Source of the DNA: Chrysomallon squamiferum
Taxonomy: Eukaryota; Animalia; Mollusca
DNA: 64,000 nucleotides
Reading direction: 5' to 3'
Assembly: GCA_012295275.1 (NCBI GenBank)
Contig: CM022677.1
Location: 17,546,001 to 17,610,000 of the forward strand
Below, one piece after another: positions 42,799-56,487 of the stretch (position 1 is its first letter; each line of letters starts with the position of its first letter). Position numbers and translations under genes: made by a program. Below the pieces are notes generated by a model. That model saw nothing but the letters and a program-made list of their open reading frames with translations. It did no database searches and had not been told where the DNA came from.

Positions 42799-42886
42799 CC
42801 AATCATTAAATAAAACCAATCAGTGACTGTGTGTTAGCAGTCTCTAATTAACTGCTGGAGAACAATCAGTCTAGTTTCTTCAGCCA

Positions 42887-42982
<96 letters not shown>

Positions 42983-43086
42983 TCTCTCTCTCTCTCTCTC
43001 CCCCCCATTTCTAAAAACCAATTATTAAATCTCCCCCGTGTCTCTCTCTCTCTAATTCTCTCTCTCTCAATCAGTCTAGTTTCTCT

Positions 43087-43156
<70 letters not shown>

Positions 43157-43262
43157 CTCTCCCTCTCTCTCATTTCTAAAACCAATCATTAAATTAGTGA
43201 CCGTGTGTTAGTGCTCTCTAATTAACTGCTGGAGAACAATCAGTCTAGTTTTTCCAGCCAGC

Positions 43263-43325
<63 letters not shown>

Positions 43326-43416
43326 CTCTCTCTCTCTCTTTCTAAAACCAATCATTAAATTCTTTCTCCTCTTCCTCTCTCTAATTCTCTCTGGAGAACA
43401 ATCAGTCTAGTTTCCT

Positions 43417-43447
<31 letters not shown>

Positions 43448-43581
43448 CCTCTCTCTCTCTCTCTCTTTCTCTCTTCCTCTCTCTCTCTCATTTCTAAAAA
43501 CCAATCATTAAATTAGTGACCGTGTGTTAGTGCTCTCTAATTAACTGCTGGAGAACAATCAGTCTAGTTTCTCCAGCCAGC

Positions 43582-43670
<89 letters not shown>

Positions 43671-43785
43671 TCTCTCTTCCTCTCTCTCTCTCATTTCTAA
43701 AACCAATCATTAAATTAGTGACCGTGTGTTAGTGCTCTCTAATTAACTGCTGGAGAACAATCAGTCTAGTTTCTCCAGCCAGCGT
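42799..43785. repeat. Composite array: conserved unit of about 90 bp alternating with (CT)n tracts
   Basis: Four full copies (about 42799, 43171, 43489, 43692) and two internally deleted copies (about 43006, 43338). Confidence 0.9.
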
Positions 43786-44428
43786 CCCTCTCTCTCTCTC
43801 TCTCTCTCTCTGTCCTACGACTGGTAAATCAATTGACTGTTGCTGAATCGCCACTGCATGGGCTTCAGAGAAAACTGTTTTGCTCTCGCTGATTGAATAC
43901 AAGTAAAGTGAGACTGAGAGGATCAAAAGCTACAAAAGTAAATGGTTAAATGGAGATATCGGTTTTTTTAAAAACACATTTTATTTTGTTGTTTCCTTTT
44001 TTGTTGAGGGGTTTTACTTATTTTTTTTTTTTTTTTTTTGGTGGGGTAGGGGCCAGGGTTTGATATTGTTGGATTTTTTTTTTTTTTTTATTGGAGTGTA
44101 TGATATGGGTTAATATAAATAATACAGTTTTTTTTCATTTGGGATATCATTGTTTTTGTGGGTTTTATAATGAAATAATTTTTACACATACACATTTTTA
44201 CACATACATACATACATACAGAAATAGAATTATTTATCAAATCGTTAATTCTCAAATAAATAGGATTATTTCTGGGTTTTTTTTTTCTTCAAATTAGTGT
44301 TATAGTTGGTGGAGGAAAAGAAAAACAACAAAAAGTCAAAGATTTAATGTATGCTAAATCAATAGATACATTTGTAGAGTTAATGGAAATGAAATACCTG
44401 TGTTTAATGCAAAATTGTATTTAATCAC

Positions 44429-44494
<66 letters not shown>

Positions 44495-44644
44495 GTATTT
44501 GTGTATTTGTGTGTGTGTATTTGTGTGTGTCTGTGTCTGTGTGTCTGTGTTTGTGTGTCTGTGTGAATGTTTTATCAGCCTTCTTGTCCAGATATTAATA
44601 TTTTTATTTAAAGTCTTCCATGTTCATTATTAATACACGAAGAA

Positions 44645-45057
44645 ATTATTATTATTATTATTATCATTATTATTATCATTATATTATTATCATTATTATT
44701 GTTATTATGTTCATTGTTATTGTTATTATTGTTATCATTGTTATTACTATTGTTATTGTCATTATTACTATTATTATCATTATCATTTTCATTATTATGA
44801 CTGTCATCATCATTATCATTTTATTATTATCATCATTATTACTATTATTATTATTATTATCGTCATCATTATTATTATCATTAATATCATCATTGTCATC
44901 ATTATCATTATCATCATCATCATCATTATTATTATTGTTTTTATTTTTATTATCATTATTATTAGTAGTAGTAGTCGTATTACTATTACTATTAATATTA
45001 CTATTACCATTACTATTATTATTATTATTATCATTATTATTATTATTATTTATTATT
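44645..45057. repeat. Compound (ATT/ATC/GTT)n microsatellite running into the exon 3 acceptor
   Basis: Triplet runs continue up to TTATTATTGCAG|ATG. Confidence 0.9.
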
Positions 45058-45061
45058 GCAG

Positions 45062-45224
45062 ATGTTTTCGCCGCCGGTACCTGGTGGTCAGCCTATGAAG
45101 AATGGTCCCTCCGGTCCTGGCTCCGCCCATCCTGGCCCCACCCACCCTGGCCCCACCCACCCGGGACCTTCCCCAGGCAGCAACTTGAACGCAGATTCAG
45201 GGATATACCAGGGCTATAAACCAG
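45062..45224 (+). CDS. TCF12: E-protein exon: MFSPPVPGGQPMKNGPSGPGSAHPGPTHPGPTHPGPSPGSNLNADSGIYQGYKP
   Basis: MFSPPV...KNGP matches TCF4 MFSPPVSSGKNGP; acceptor TGCAG|ATG (phase 0) and donor CCAG|GTAGGT (phase 1). Confidence 0.93.
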
Positions 45225-45385
45225 GTAGGTGTCACATATCTGAAATATCACACCTGTGCGTTATATCGTATTAACTGGATTACGTGTAAAGATGTAATAA
45301 ATGTTTTCTTGTACAAAGAATTGTGTGTGTGTGTGTGTGTGTCTGTCTGTTCATCTATCTGTCCATATATATAAATATCTAGATC

Positions 45386-45418
<33 letters not shown>

Positions 45419-45604
45419 ATATAGTTATATATATAGTTATATATAGATTATACATAATATACAAATATATATACATAAACATGTACATAATTCAGCAGTA
45501 ATGTTAATGGAAATGTCAGACTTGAAACATATATAGAAATATACACACAAACATGTATATCTATCTATATATATATAAATAAACACACAAACGTGTATAT
45601 ATCG

Positions 45605-45635
<31 letters not shown>

Positions 45636-45819
45636 TATACATACATATATATATATATATATATACATACATTTCATGTTCATAAATCAACACTTCTAGG
45701 ACAAGACAATTTCACAAATATGCAACACACAAACACAAACACAAAAACACATTATGCTTGCAACACATACACACTGAGTTGTAATAACAAAATAATAATG
45801 TTTCAGAAACGTTTACTTA

Positions 45820-45857
<38 letters not shown>

Positions 45858-45956
45858 TACTGGACATTATTATTTTCTGTGATATTCATAAGCTGACAGT
45901 TTCATACAAAACATTACTACACATAAGCAGTCATTATACACATACATACAGTTATT

Positions 45957-46008
<52 letters not shown>

Positions 46009-46729
46009 AACACACATAAACATTCAAGCGCATCACAATCCCAGAGAAGATTAAAAACAAAATAAAAACACTCCTGCAGTTTTTTTTTTATATATATATA
46101 TATATACACACATCTACATATATATAGTTCTGTTTTCTTTCACTGGCTTTGATTTAAAAGCTGTGCCTGTTGCATATCAGATGTATTACACAGCTTGAAG
46201 GCCTGGCCTGGCTGGTACATACCATGTGTAGAGTTACACTCACACACAGCCAGCCAGCCTCTCTCTGTCTCTCTCTTCTCTCGCTCTTCTCTCGCTCTTC
46301 TCTCGCTCTCACAGCAGATGGCTAGTGTCTCCTTGGCACCTGGGCCTCACCTGACCCACATTCCAATCTGTTGTAAGGCAGAACAATTTTCAAATGGGCT
46401 GCTCCATTTTCAAATGGGATGTTCCGTTTTTTCAAATGGGCTGTTCTGCAGAAACCGGTTTATACATCTTTTTTTTTTTTTTTTTTTTTTTTTTTGGGGG
46501 TGTGGGTCATGATGGGTGAGTGGAAATGAGTTAGAGAGAGTGTGCAGTTTCAGATTGAGGCTGAATTAACAGGGGCTGGTCATTATTTATGGTTGGGGAG
46601 ATGATTTGTAGATTTAAAGGGGTTTGATGAAAAATGTGTTTAAGATGGCTAGGAAAATTTATATTTAGTGGATGGACATTCCAGATGTGATTTTCTCTCA
46701 TTTATTTACTTATTTATTTATTTATGTTT

Positions 46730-46764
<35 letters not shown>

Positions 46765-48285
46765 TTATTATTATTATTATTTTTTTTTTGAGACTTGTAA
46801 ATTTGCAGGCTTGACAAAGATGGATGATTTAAGGGAGGGTTTATTTTTTTTTTTTTTTTATTTTTTTTTTTAAATTGTTTTTATCTCTTTTATTTTGTAG
46901 CAGAATATTCTGTTCTTTACTACAGGGATAGTAAAAGATTTACAGTTCAGGATGCATTTTCTTGAATTTGATGAAGATTTTTAATTTCTGAAAATTTGCA
47001 CAGTTGAAAATATTTATATATAGGGAATGATTATGAATTTGTATGGTTTATAAAGATTTTATAATTTAGGGACGTCATTATGAGTGATGCAAATGCATAT
47101 TTATTTTTCATACATGCTTAAAGTTTATGGGAAAACTTGAATTTACAGGGATAGTACAAATTTATGTTAGGGTAAATTTTCTTAACTACATGGAGGTGAT
47201 GAAAATTTATTGTGTTAGGGGACATGAATTTGCAGGGTTGATAAAAATTTATGTTTAGGGGGATGGCTTCTTGAATTTGCAAGAGTTGGTAATGATTTAC
47301 TGTTTAATGTTTTGAATTAACATGAAGATTTATAGATAGAAATTATAAGAGGATTTTAAAGTTGATGAAAATTTATAATGTGAGAATTTCGTTGAATTTT
47401 TGTCATATCAGAATTTAAAAAAATCTGTTTGAACTGGCTAATAAAACAAAGGATTGAATTTATTTTTGTTATTGAAAAAAAAAAAAAAAATTTGCACATT
47501 AAAAAAGTGACAGTTTATATGAATAATAAAAAATAGAAATAAATTTAAAAAAAATTCTGAAATTTTATCCATTGATTTTGATGTTTAAAATAAAATATAC
47601 ACGTTAAAAAAAAATGACAGTGATATGTTTATGTGAATAATAAAGTTTAAAATGGAAAAATAAAATAAAGTCAAAACTTAAAAAAATAAAAAAAATAAAA
47701 AAAATAAAAAAATGCAAAAACAAATGTTACATTGAAAACATATGCCACTGAATTGCATTGTTAACAAAAAATTCGTATTAAAAATGACAATAATTTCTAT
47801 TTATTTTATTTTTATATATATATATTAAATTATAAATGTTAAAATTTTAAAAATAAATTAGAACAATCACTTAATCAAATAGAACTAATAAATTCTTATA
47901 ATTCTTCTTACATCTGTAATCTGCTGTTCTACAATGTTACACACACAAAAAGAAAAAAATGTATTACAATGTATTGTATTGTATTGCTACATCAAACATT
48001 TCTCTGCATTTGACATAAACTTGGCTCCATGCCAAAACGGCTTTATTGCATGTCGGCAGTTTGTACAGTCCGACGTTAGTCCATTGTTAGAGTACTCGTG
48101 TTTTGGTCTGTTTTGAGTTAAGATGGTATTGGAGCTAATTTTTAACCCATTCCAACTAAGGTCTCACTGTCCGAAATGAGAAAAGACACTGTTATGATGC
48201 CCCTGAATTTATGTTGGAGCTTTAAATATTAACATAAACAGAAACAGAAATCTGTATACAAAGAAAGTGAAAAAAAACATACACA

Positions 48286-48350
<65 letters not shown>

Positions 48351-48504
48351 CTCTCTATTCTATGCTCCATATTCTCAGCTGGGTACATATTCAATTTTAT
48401 TGTCAAGCAGTTTAACAGAAAGATTCCCATATACTTGAGCATGTTATATTGACCTAAGATCTATAAATTATATTATCAAAATATTATGACAAGTTACAGA
48501 AAAC

Positions 48505-48509
48505 ACAGA

Positions 48510-48557
<48 letters not shown>

Positions 48558-49028
48558 GGTACACATATGCATATATTTGTATACAAAAACATATAGACAC
48601 ACTACTACATAAATACATACAGATGTACACACATATACATGTATGTTATATGCACACACATAAATACACAAACAAATACAGACACATTCATATATAACAG
48701 ACACACTCTCACACACTCACAAACACAAACACACACACAGACATTCATATATAACACACACATACACATTCATATATAACAGACACACACACACACACCC
48801 TACACACAAACACCCACACACAATGACACACACAAACACTCACACACACAGACATACACACACACAAAAACTCCACACACAGAAATCTCACACACACACA
48901 CACACACAAACCCCCTACACACACATAAACACAAACCCCCTACACACACATACACACACAGAAAACTGCACACACAGAAATCTCACACACACTGACACAC
49001 AGACACAGACATACCCCCTACACACAGA

Positions 49029-49060
<32 letters not shown>

Positions 49061-49097
49061 GACACACACACACAGAGAACTGCACACACAGAAATCT

Positions 49098-49129
<32 letters not shown>

Positions 49130-49485
49130 TCTCACACACAGAAAACTGCACACACAGAAATCTCACACCCACACACACACACACACACACACAGAAATCA
49201 CACACAGAAATCTCACACACAGAAAACTGCACACACAGAAATCTCACACCCACAAACACACACACTGACACACACAAACACACACAGAAATCTCACACAC
49301 ACACAACTGCACACACAGAAATCTCACACACACTGACACACAGACACACACACACACAAAAACACACACACACATACCCACACACACAACACACACACAC
49401 ACAAAAAACTGCACACACACACCCACACACACACACACACAGACACACATATACAAACACACACAAAAAACTGCACACACACACC

Positions 49486-49523
<38 letters not shown>

Positions 49524-49528
49524 GAAAA

Positions 49529-49564
<36 letters not shown>

Positions 49565-49638
49565 TATACAAACACACACAAAAACTGCACACACACACCC
49601 ACACACACACACACACAGAAATATACAAACACACAAAA

Positions 49639-49684
<46 letters not shown>

Positions 49685-49978
49685 TACAAACACACACAAA
49701 AAACTGCACACACACACCCACACACACACACACACAGACACACATATACAAACACACACAAAAAACTGCACACACACACCCACACACACACACACACAGA
49801 CACACATATACAAACACACACAAAAAACTGCACACACACACACCCACACACACACACACACAGACACACATATACAAACACACACAAAAAACTGCACACA
49901 CACACCCACACACACACACACACAGACACACATATACACACACACACACAAAACTGCACACACAGAAATCTCACACCC
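48505..49978. repeat. Long CA-rich compound micro/minisatellite
   Basis: (CA)n interrupted by recurring AAAACTGCA, GAAATCT and GACACACATATACAAA motifs. Confidence 0.95.
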
Positions 49979-50534
49979 ATTCAGTTGAGTATTTTGTCAC
50001 TGCTCCGCTTTGCCCCTTCTCCAGTTTCTCTGACCCACTTTTCCTCTCTGTGTGGATCTCTCTCTCAGCAGATGTGTTTTTTTTAACGAGGTCATTGCCA
50101 GTCATTCATCCTGTCTCTTTATGGGTGATATTTTATACAGGGTGTGTCCCCCTGCACTCTTAAAAATTTACATTTCTTTTTCCACGGTCCCCCTGTTCCC
50201 AGGACAACAACATTATTTCATGGTCTGTTGAACGTGAGAGGTTTGAAAATGCTCCGTCCTCAAAATAGTTCTGTTGTGTTCTGTGTCATTGTGAGCTTTT
50301 TTTTTTTTTTTTTTTTTTCTTAGTCTCAAGTTTTCTGTGTGGGTTGTAGGTGACTTGTATTTTAGTAAAATTTTATTTAGTATTTTTGTTAGGCATAGCA
50401 AAAATTGCTCTCTCTCTCTTTCTCTCACTCTTTCTGTCACTCTTTTTCTTGCAATCTTACTCTTTCTCTTGTGCTTTCTCTCTCACTGTCTGTCTCTCTC
50501 TCTTTCTATCTCTTTTTCTCTTGTGCTCTCTCTC

Positions 50535-50601
<67 letters not shown>

Positions 50602-51056
50602 CTTTCACATTTCACTTATTCATAATTCCAGATACTCTTTTCCTGTATGTTTTCTCCATTTCCACTGACCTACATATAATAATCTTTCTCTGTTTTTATT
50701 CCTTTTTTTTTCTCATTATTCCATCTATTTGTCTCGTATTTCTCCTTTTTGTCACTTTCGGTGTTTCTGTCTGTCTGTCTGTCTGTTTCTAATTCTTACT
50801 CACCCTCTTTATTTCTCTCTGTATCTTTCTCTCACGGTTTTTCATTTTCTCTCTGTTTCTTTTTTTTCCATTTTTCTTTCTTTCTTTCCTCTTTCTTTCT
50901 CTCATTCTTTTTCTTTCTATTTCTTTTTCTCTCTTTCTCTGTCTTTCTATATATATATATATATATATTCACTCTTTCTCTTGCATTCTTTCTTTTTCTT
51001 GTGCTCTGTTTTATTGTGTATATATATATATATATATATATAAATAAAATATTTGT

Positions 51057-51098
<42 letters not shown>

Positions 51099-51219
51099 TT
51101 GTCACTTTTTCTCTCCGTCATATCACACTTCAGTTACGTTCCCGTCATCATGTCCCCCTTCTCCTGTTGCACACTGACCTAGATAACTACTACAACTACG
51201 TGGACTACTGACCCAAACA

Positions 51220-51320
51220 AAGAGCGCCGCGGCCGGCACGCAGCTGTTGTTGTGCATCTGTTGTCTGGGGGGGGGATGCGCCAGCTGCATGTGTACAGAT
51301 GTGCAGCTGCTGTGTGTGTC
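51220..51320. promoter_or_regulatory. Intronic E-box cluster (putative enhancer)
   Basis: Six CANNTG sites in 69 bp: CAGCTG 51241, CATCTG 51255, CAGCTG 51282, CATGTG 51288, CAGATG 51296, CAGCTG 51304. Confidence 0.55.
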
Positions 51321-51443
51321 TGTAACAGGTTCTGTGAATGGCATTCTGGCATTTCTTCCACACATTACCATGGTAGCTCTTCTCCAAGGGAAGAAATGGT
51401 TATCTGGTCCCCAGGCAATGTTTGTTTTAGACAGATATATCCA

Positions 51444-51493
<50 letters not shown>

Positions 51494-51832
51494 ACACTAC
51501 ATACACTACACACTGTACACATGCACACAAATACACACACCCACAAATACACACACTACACACACTACACACTACACACACACACTACATACACATTTTT
51601 GCTGTTGTTTGTAGTTGACTGTTAAAGGAGTAGAAGAAAGTTTTTTTTAACCTTTTTGTGTTTTAGTTGATGTGGGTTTTTTTGGTTTCTTGTTATTTAT
51701 GTGTTGTTGTTGTTGTGTTTTGCTGTTGTTGTTGGTGGTAGTGATGGTGGTGTTATTTATTATTATTATTATTTATTTATTTTATAATTATTATTTTCAT
51801 TATTTTTGTTTATGACTTTAAATTTTCTTCTT

Positions 51833-51863
<31 letters not shown>

Positions 51864-52553
51864 TTTATTTATTTATTTTTTAAAATTATTTTTAATTTTT
51901 ATTTTTAATTTTAATTTAATTTTGTTTTATTTATATTAAATTTACATTCTAAATGTAAGAATGTTTCTTCTGCCTCAGAATAATGTTTAGATTACTTTAA
52001 ATGGAATTTATTTTTAGTTGCTTCTTACCGATGTTTAAAAAGACTTCCTTAGTATTAATGTTGTACAGAAAATAGCTCTGACAGTTTCATTGTTGCCATG
52101 GTGATTACCACCATTTTTCAGAACTCAGCAATGTTTTAACAAGTATACCATATCAAGATTATGTGTCCATTCACTAAATATTGTATTAGCATCTAACCAT
52201 GAACATCTGTGACTGAAGATTTGTTACCTCCCTTGATGTACAAGTTACCTCTCCTGACGTATCAGTTACATCCCTTGATGTGTCAATTAACCTTTCTGAT
52301 TGGTTAGTTTCACTGCTGATGTGTTAGATATCTTCCATAATGGATAAGTTCCCTCCCTTGATGGACAGGTTATCTGCCCTGAAAGAATTTTGTTATTAAT
52401 TCAAAAAGTAATTCAGTGTTTTGTTACTTAAGTGAAATAACTTTTTGTTGAAGTTATTTTGGATAGTTTGAACAGAGGATATGATTACTAAAGTAAGAAA
52501 TCAATATTTGACATTACTTTTTGTGTGCATGTTTCTGTTTGTGTATGTTTATA

Positions 52554-52585
<32 letters not shown>

Positions 52586-52588
52586 GAG

Positions 52589-52630
<42 letters not shown>

Positions 52631-54389
52631 TGTGTAATATCTATGTATCTGTCTACATTTTACAAATTACTCATTCATTTAAATAACCAAATGCAAGAAC
52701 TTTCTTTTCAAATTCTGTTCACTGTGTTTATAAACATTAGGTAACAGAAATAAAAAGTTCTATTAAAAAGTGGTGGACTGTATAAGTACTATTAACTTGT
52801 GTCCTGTTACTGAAACTAAACTGGTAACAGCTGGGATGCTTTTTTTTTAAATGTTAAATCAGTTTTAATTTATCAGTCAAAGCAAGATACAAATCAGCTT
52901 TTGTTTTATAAACCTTCATATCTTTATCTCAGATTGGTTTGGTAATTTCGTTATTTTTATAGTGTGTGTGTGTGTATTGCAGTATGTGTGTGTGGGTGTG
53001 TGTGTTTTGATCAGATCATCAACCTGTTTTCACATTTTTAACATAGTCTTTTACATAGTTCTTTACAGAGCATAGTTTACAGGCCATTATTTTCTACATT
53101 TCATTGTCCATGTTTTCTTCAAAGTTACAATCCATATAATCCATATTCTACACTATCCATAATAGTCCATATTCTCTGTAATCCATATAGTCCACCATGT
53201 ACTCTAGAATCCATACACTCCATATTCTCTTGAATCCACCATAGATAGAGTCCATAATTCCTCTAGAATTCATCATCCTTCTAACTAACGGTTGCCATCT
53301 TCTCTGCTATGCGATTCATAAGTCATTGATTCGCTCACTTTCTGCTGGCTGGTCGGTCGCGCGGTTACAGTTATCTCCCCTGATCACATATGGCAGCACC
53401 TGCTCGCGGGGAGAAATGTGTTGATGGATGGTCGGTACTGACAAGGGAACATCTGGAAACGATCAAACTCCGTGCGAGACTAACACATGTATAGTAATCT
53501 GCCCCTGTTACATAGCACCTGTATTGTACACAGTGTATATATATACCGCAGATAGCAGACAGGCTGGTTGTTGGTGGTGGTCTGGTGTGGGGTTTTTTTT
53601 GTTGTTGTTGTTGTTGTTTTTTTTTTAAGTTTGAAGGAATTTTTAAAAACATTATTTTTTTTTTTAATTTTTTTGTATTTTTTTTTTTTTTTAAGTAGTA
53701 CTATTAGTAGTATTTTTTTTAGTACATGTATAGTTATCTGTCCCTGTTATATATATAGAAAATATGAAAGACTGGTGGCATTTTTGAATTTTTTTTTTAT
53801 TTTTTTAAATTATTATAGTGTAGTAGTAGTAGTAGTAGTAATAGTAGTAGTAGTATAACAGTAATCTGCCCTGTTATATAGCACGTTTTGTACACATTAC
53901 TGCAGATTATGGATGTGTTTTTTGTTCTTTCTTTTTATTTCTTTATTGTTTTCTTGGTTTTTAATTATTAAGTAATTTTAGTACCACTAATATTAGTAGC
54001 AGCAGCAGCAGTAGTAGTAGTTGTAGTTGTTGTTAGTAATAGTAGTACAGATACAGTAATGTGCCTTGTACATAACATCTGTATTGCATATGCAGCCAGT
54101 ACTGCACATGTGTAATATCTGCTATATATATATATTATAATATATATTTATTTTTTATAACTTTTCTAACTTTTATACATTTTTTTTCAAATTATTTCAT
54201 TATTTACATTACTTTTGATGAATTTATCTACCCACTGTCTCCGGTAATAAACGTTTTTGTTTACAAACAGGTTTAAAATAAAACAAAATCAATGCTAAGT
54301 TTTATGAATGGAGTTAACCCAAACTGTTTAACATATGCACTGTGTTTCTGCGTTATGCAATACCAGCTGATATTCAACACACTACCAAC

Positions 54390-55270
54390 ATATGTTACCT
54401 AGACTTTCTTCCGGTCAATTAAGAAGACATTTCTCATATGTTCTAAGGTTATGTGAAACCAGCCAGTATGGTATTTGTGTAGTTTATTCCATATTTACCT
54501 AGACTTTCTTAATGTCCATTAAAAAGGGGTTGAATTTTTGTAACTTTGAAGGTAGAGTTATGTGAAATTAGCCAGTATGGTGTTTTAACATATGGACTGA
54601 TGTATAGTGCCTAGACTTACTTCATGTCCATTAAGAAGACATTTAATCCTTATAGTTGATTCTATAGTTACACAAAATGTGCCATATGTTGGCATATGTT
54701 AATATAGACTTTATTAATGTCATCTAAGAAGATAATTAATTCTCACATTTTATTCAAATCGGTGTTAATTACTTCCATTTATATTACATAAATTAATATA
54801 GTTAATTAACTAATAACATTTTACCTAGTCTTTTTCAATGTGAATTAAATATATATATAATTCTTATTCTTTATTGTCTAAAATTATATAACACTATATA
54901 ACATTTATATAACATGTCACCTAGACTTTCTTAAGTTCATCTGAGAAGATATTGAATTCTTATTCTTTATTCAAAAGTTGTGAAATAAAGATATTTATAT
55001 TAACTAGACTTTCTTAATGTCATATAAGAAGGTATTTAAATTTTACCTTTATTCAAACGTTTATGATAATACAAGTGTGGTATTTAAAAACAAATGTGTG
55101 AACAGTTATTATGTGCTTTGTTAATTCCCTTTAATACTTAATGTAATTAATACTTGGACTTTGTTCACGTCACAGAATGAAAATATTTAGTGTGGTGTTT
55201 AACACTGTTCTACTTTGTGTCAACATACGTCATCTAGACTTTCTTAAGCATTCGTATCTAGACTTTCATT
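54390..55270. repeat. Old degenerate tandem repeat, period about 100 bp
   Basis: Core CCTAGACTTTCTTAATGTC(C)AT..AAGAAGA recurs about 9-10 times. Confidence 0.7.
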
Positions 55271-55307
55271 AGTTACATAATAACAGCTTATACAACCATA
55301 TAGATCC

Positions 55308-55347
<40 letters not shown>

Positions 55348-55448
55348 TCACTTTCTCTTTCTCTCTCACTGTCTTTCTCTTTTTCTCTGCATTTTTTTCT
55401 CTCTCTCACTTGCTCTCTTTCTCTCTCACTGTCCTTCTCTTTTTCTGC

Positions 55449-55522
<74 letters not shown>

Positions 55523-56255
55523 CTTCACATGATTGTATGTATGTTGACACATTTCCAAGCTTTTCTTAACTAATTAAACTAAATTTACTTAATAAAAACT
55601 ATTAATAAACACATTTTATTCACTCACTGACTAAAAATAAACATTTTTCAGCGTCACAGATTTTACAATATTATTATTCTGTATGTGACAAGATTTTGAA
55701 TCACATCCTGAAAATTTAATTTCTGCAATATTCAGGATACACTACTGCTACTACTGACTCTGCTACTACTACTACTACTGATACTGCTACTACTACTACT
55801 ACTACCACTACTGCTACTACAGCTAATACCATTATTCCTATTATTACAACCATTAATCCATAACTAATTCAATATTGCCATATGAGTGGTAATAAAAAAT
55901 ATTATTGCTACCACTGCTTATACTACTGCAGTTATTTTGACTAATTATTATTATAATAATTGTTATTAGCTGTAGTACCTAGTAGTATTAGTAGTGTTAG
56001 TAGTGGCAGTATGGTATGGTTGAATATTGCAGTTGTAATATTGTTACTACTTGTATCTGAAACTCTAAAAGCCAGTCTCTTACTATTTGTATTTTTCTAT
56101 TTTTTCTATTTTTTGTTTAACTTTGTTCTATTGTGTGTGACCTACACAGCTGCTGTACAGTGCTGACCTGACGTGTCACAGAGGGGCCCTGTTTGGGTTG
56201 TTATTGTCCAGATTATTCACTGTATTTAGGGCCCATTTGTTTCTCTCATTCTCTC

Positions 56256-56310
<55 letters not shown>

Positions 56311-56432
56311 CTCTCGCTCTCTCTCTCTCGCTCTCTGTCTCTGTAGATGGTCCAGTTCAGTACTATTAGCAGCTAAAGGCTCTGTTTGGTGTATTTTTCT
56401 CAAACTCACTGTTATTAGCTAAAAGAGGTAGG

Positions 56433-56487
<55 letters not shown>

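Noticed and set aside
42799-43785. Palindromic repeat-spacer array as CRISPR
   Set aside because: Units are about 90 bp, spacers are (CT)n microsatellite, and there are no cas genes.
44620-45219. 199-aa hydrophobic ORF resembling a membrane protein
   Set aside because: Translation of an ATT/ATC microsatellite plus the wrong frame of the E-protein exon.
48823-50163. 446-aa His/Thr-rich ORF and its antisense Cys/Val-rich ORFs
   Set aside because: Pure translation of a CA-rich satellite; open in several frames on both strands, with no splice or homology support.
54390-55270. CRISPR-like pattern of a conserved core with variable spacers
   Set aside because: Eukaryotic intron, degenerate cores, spacers related to each other and no cas genes; this is a decayed tandem repeat.
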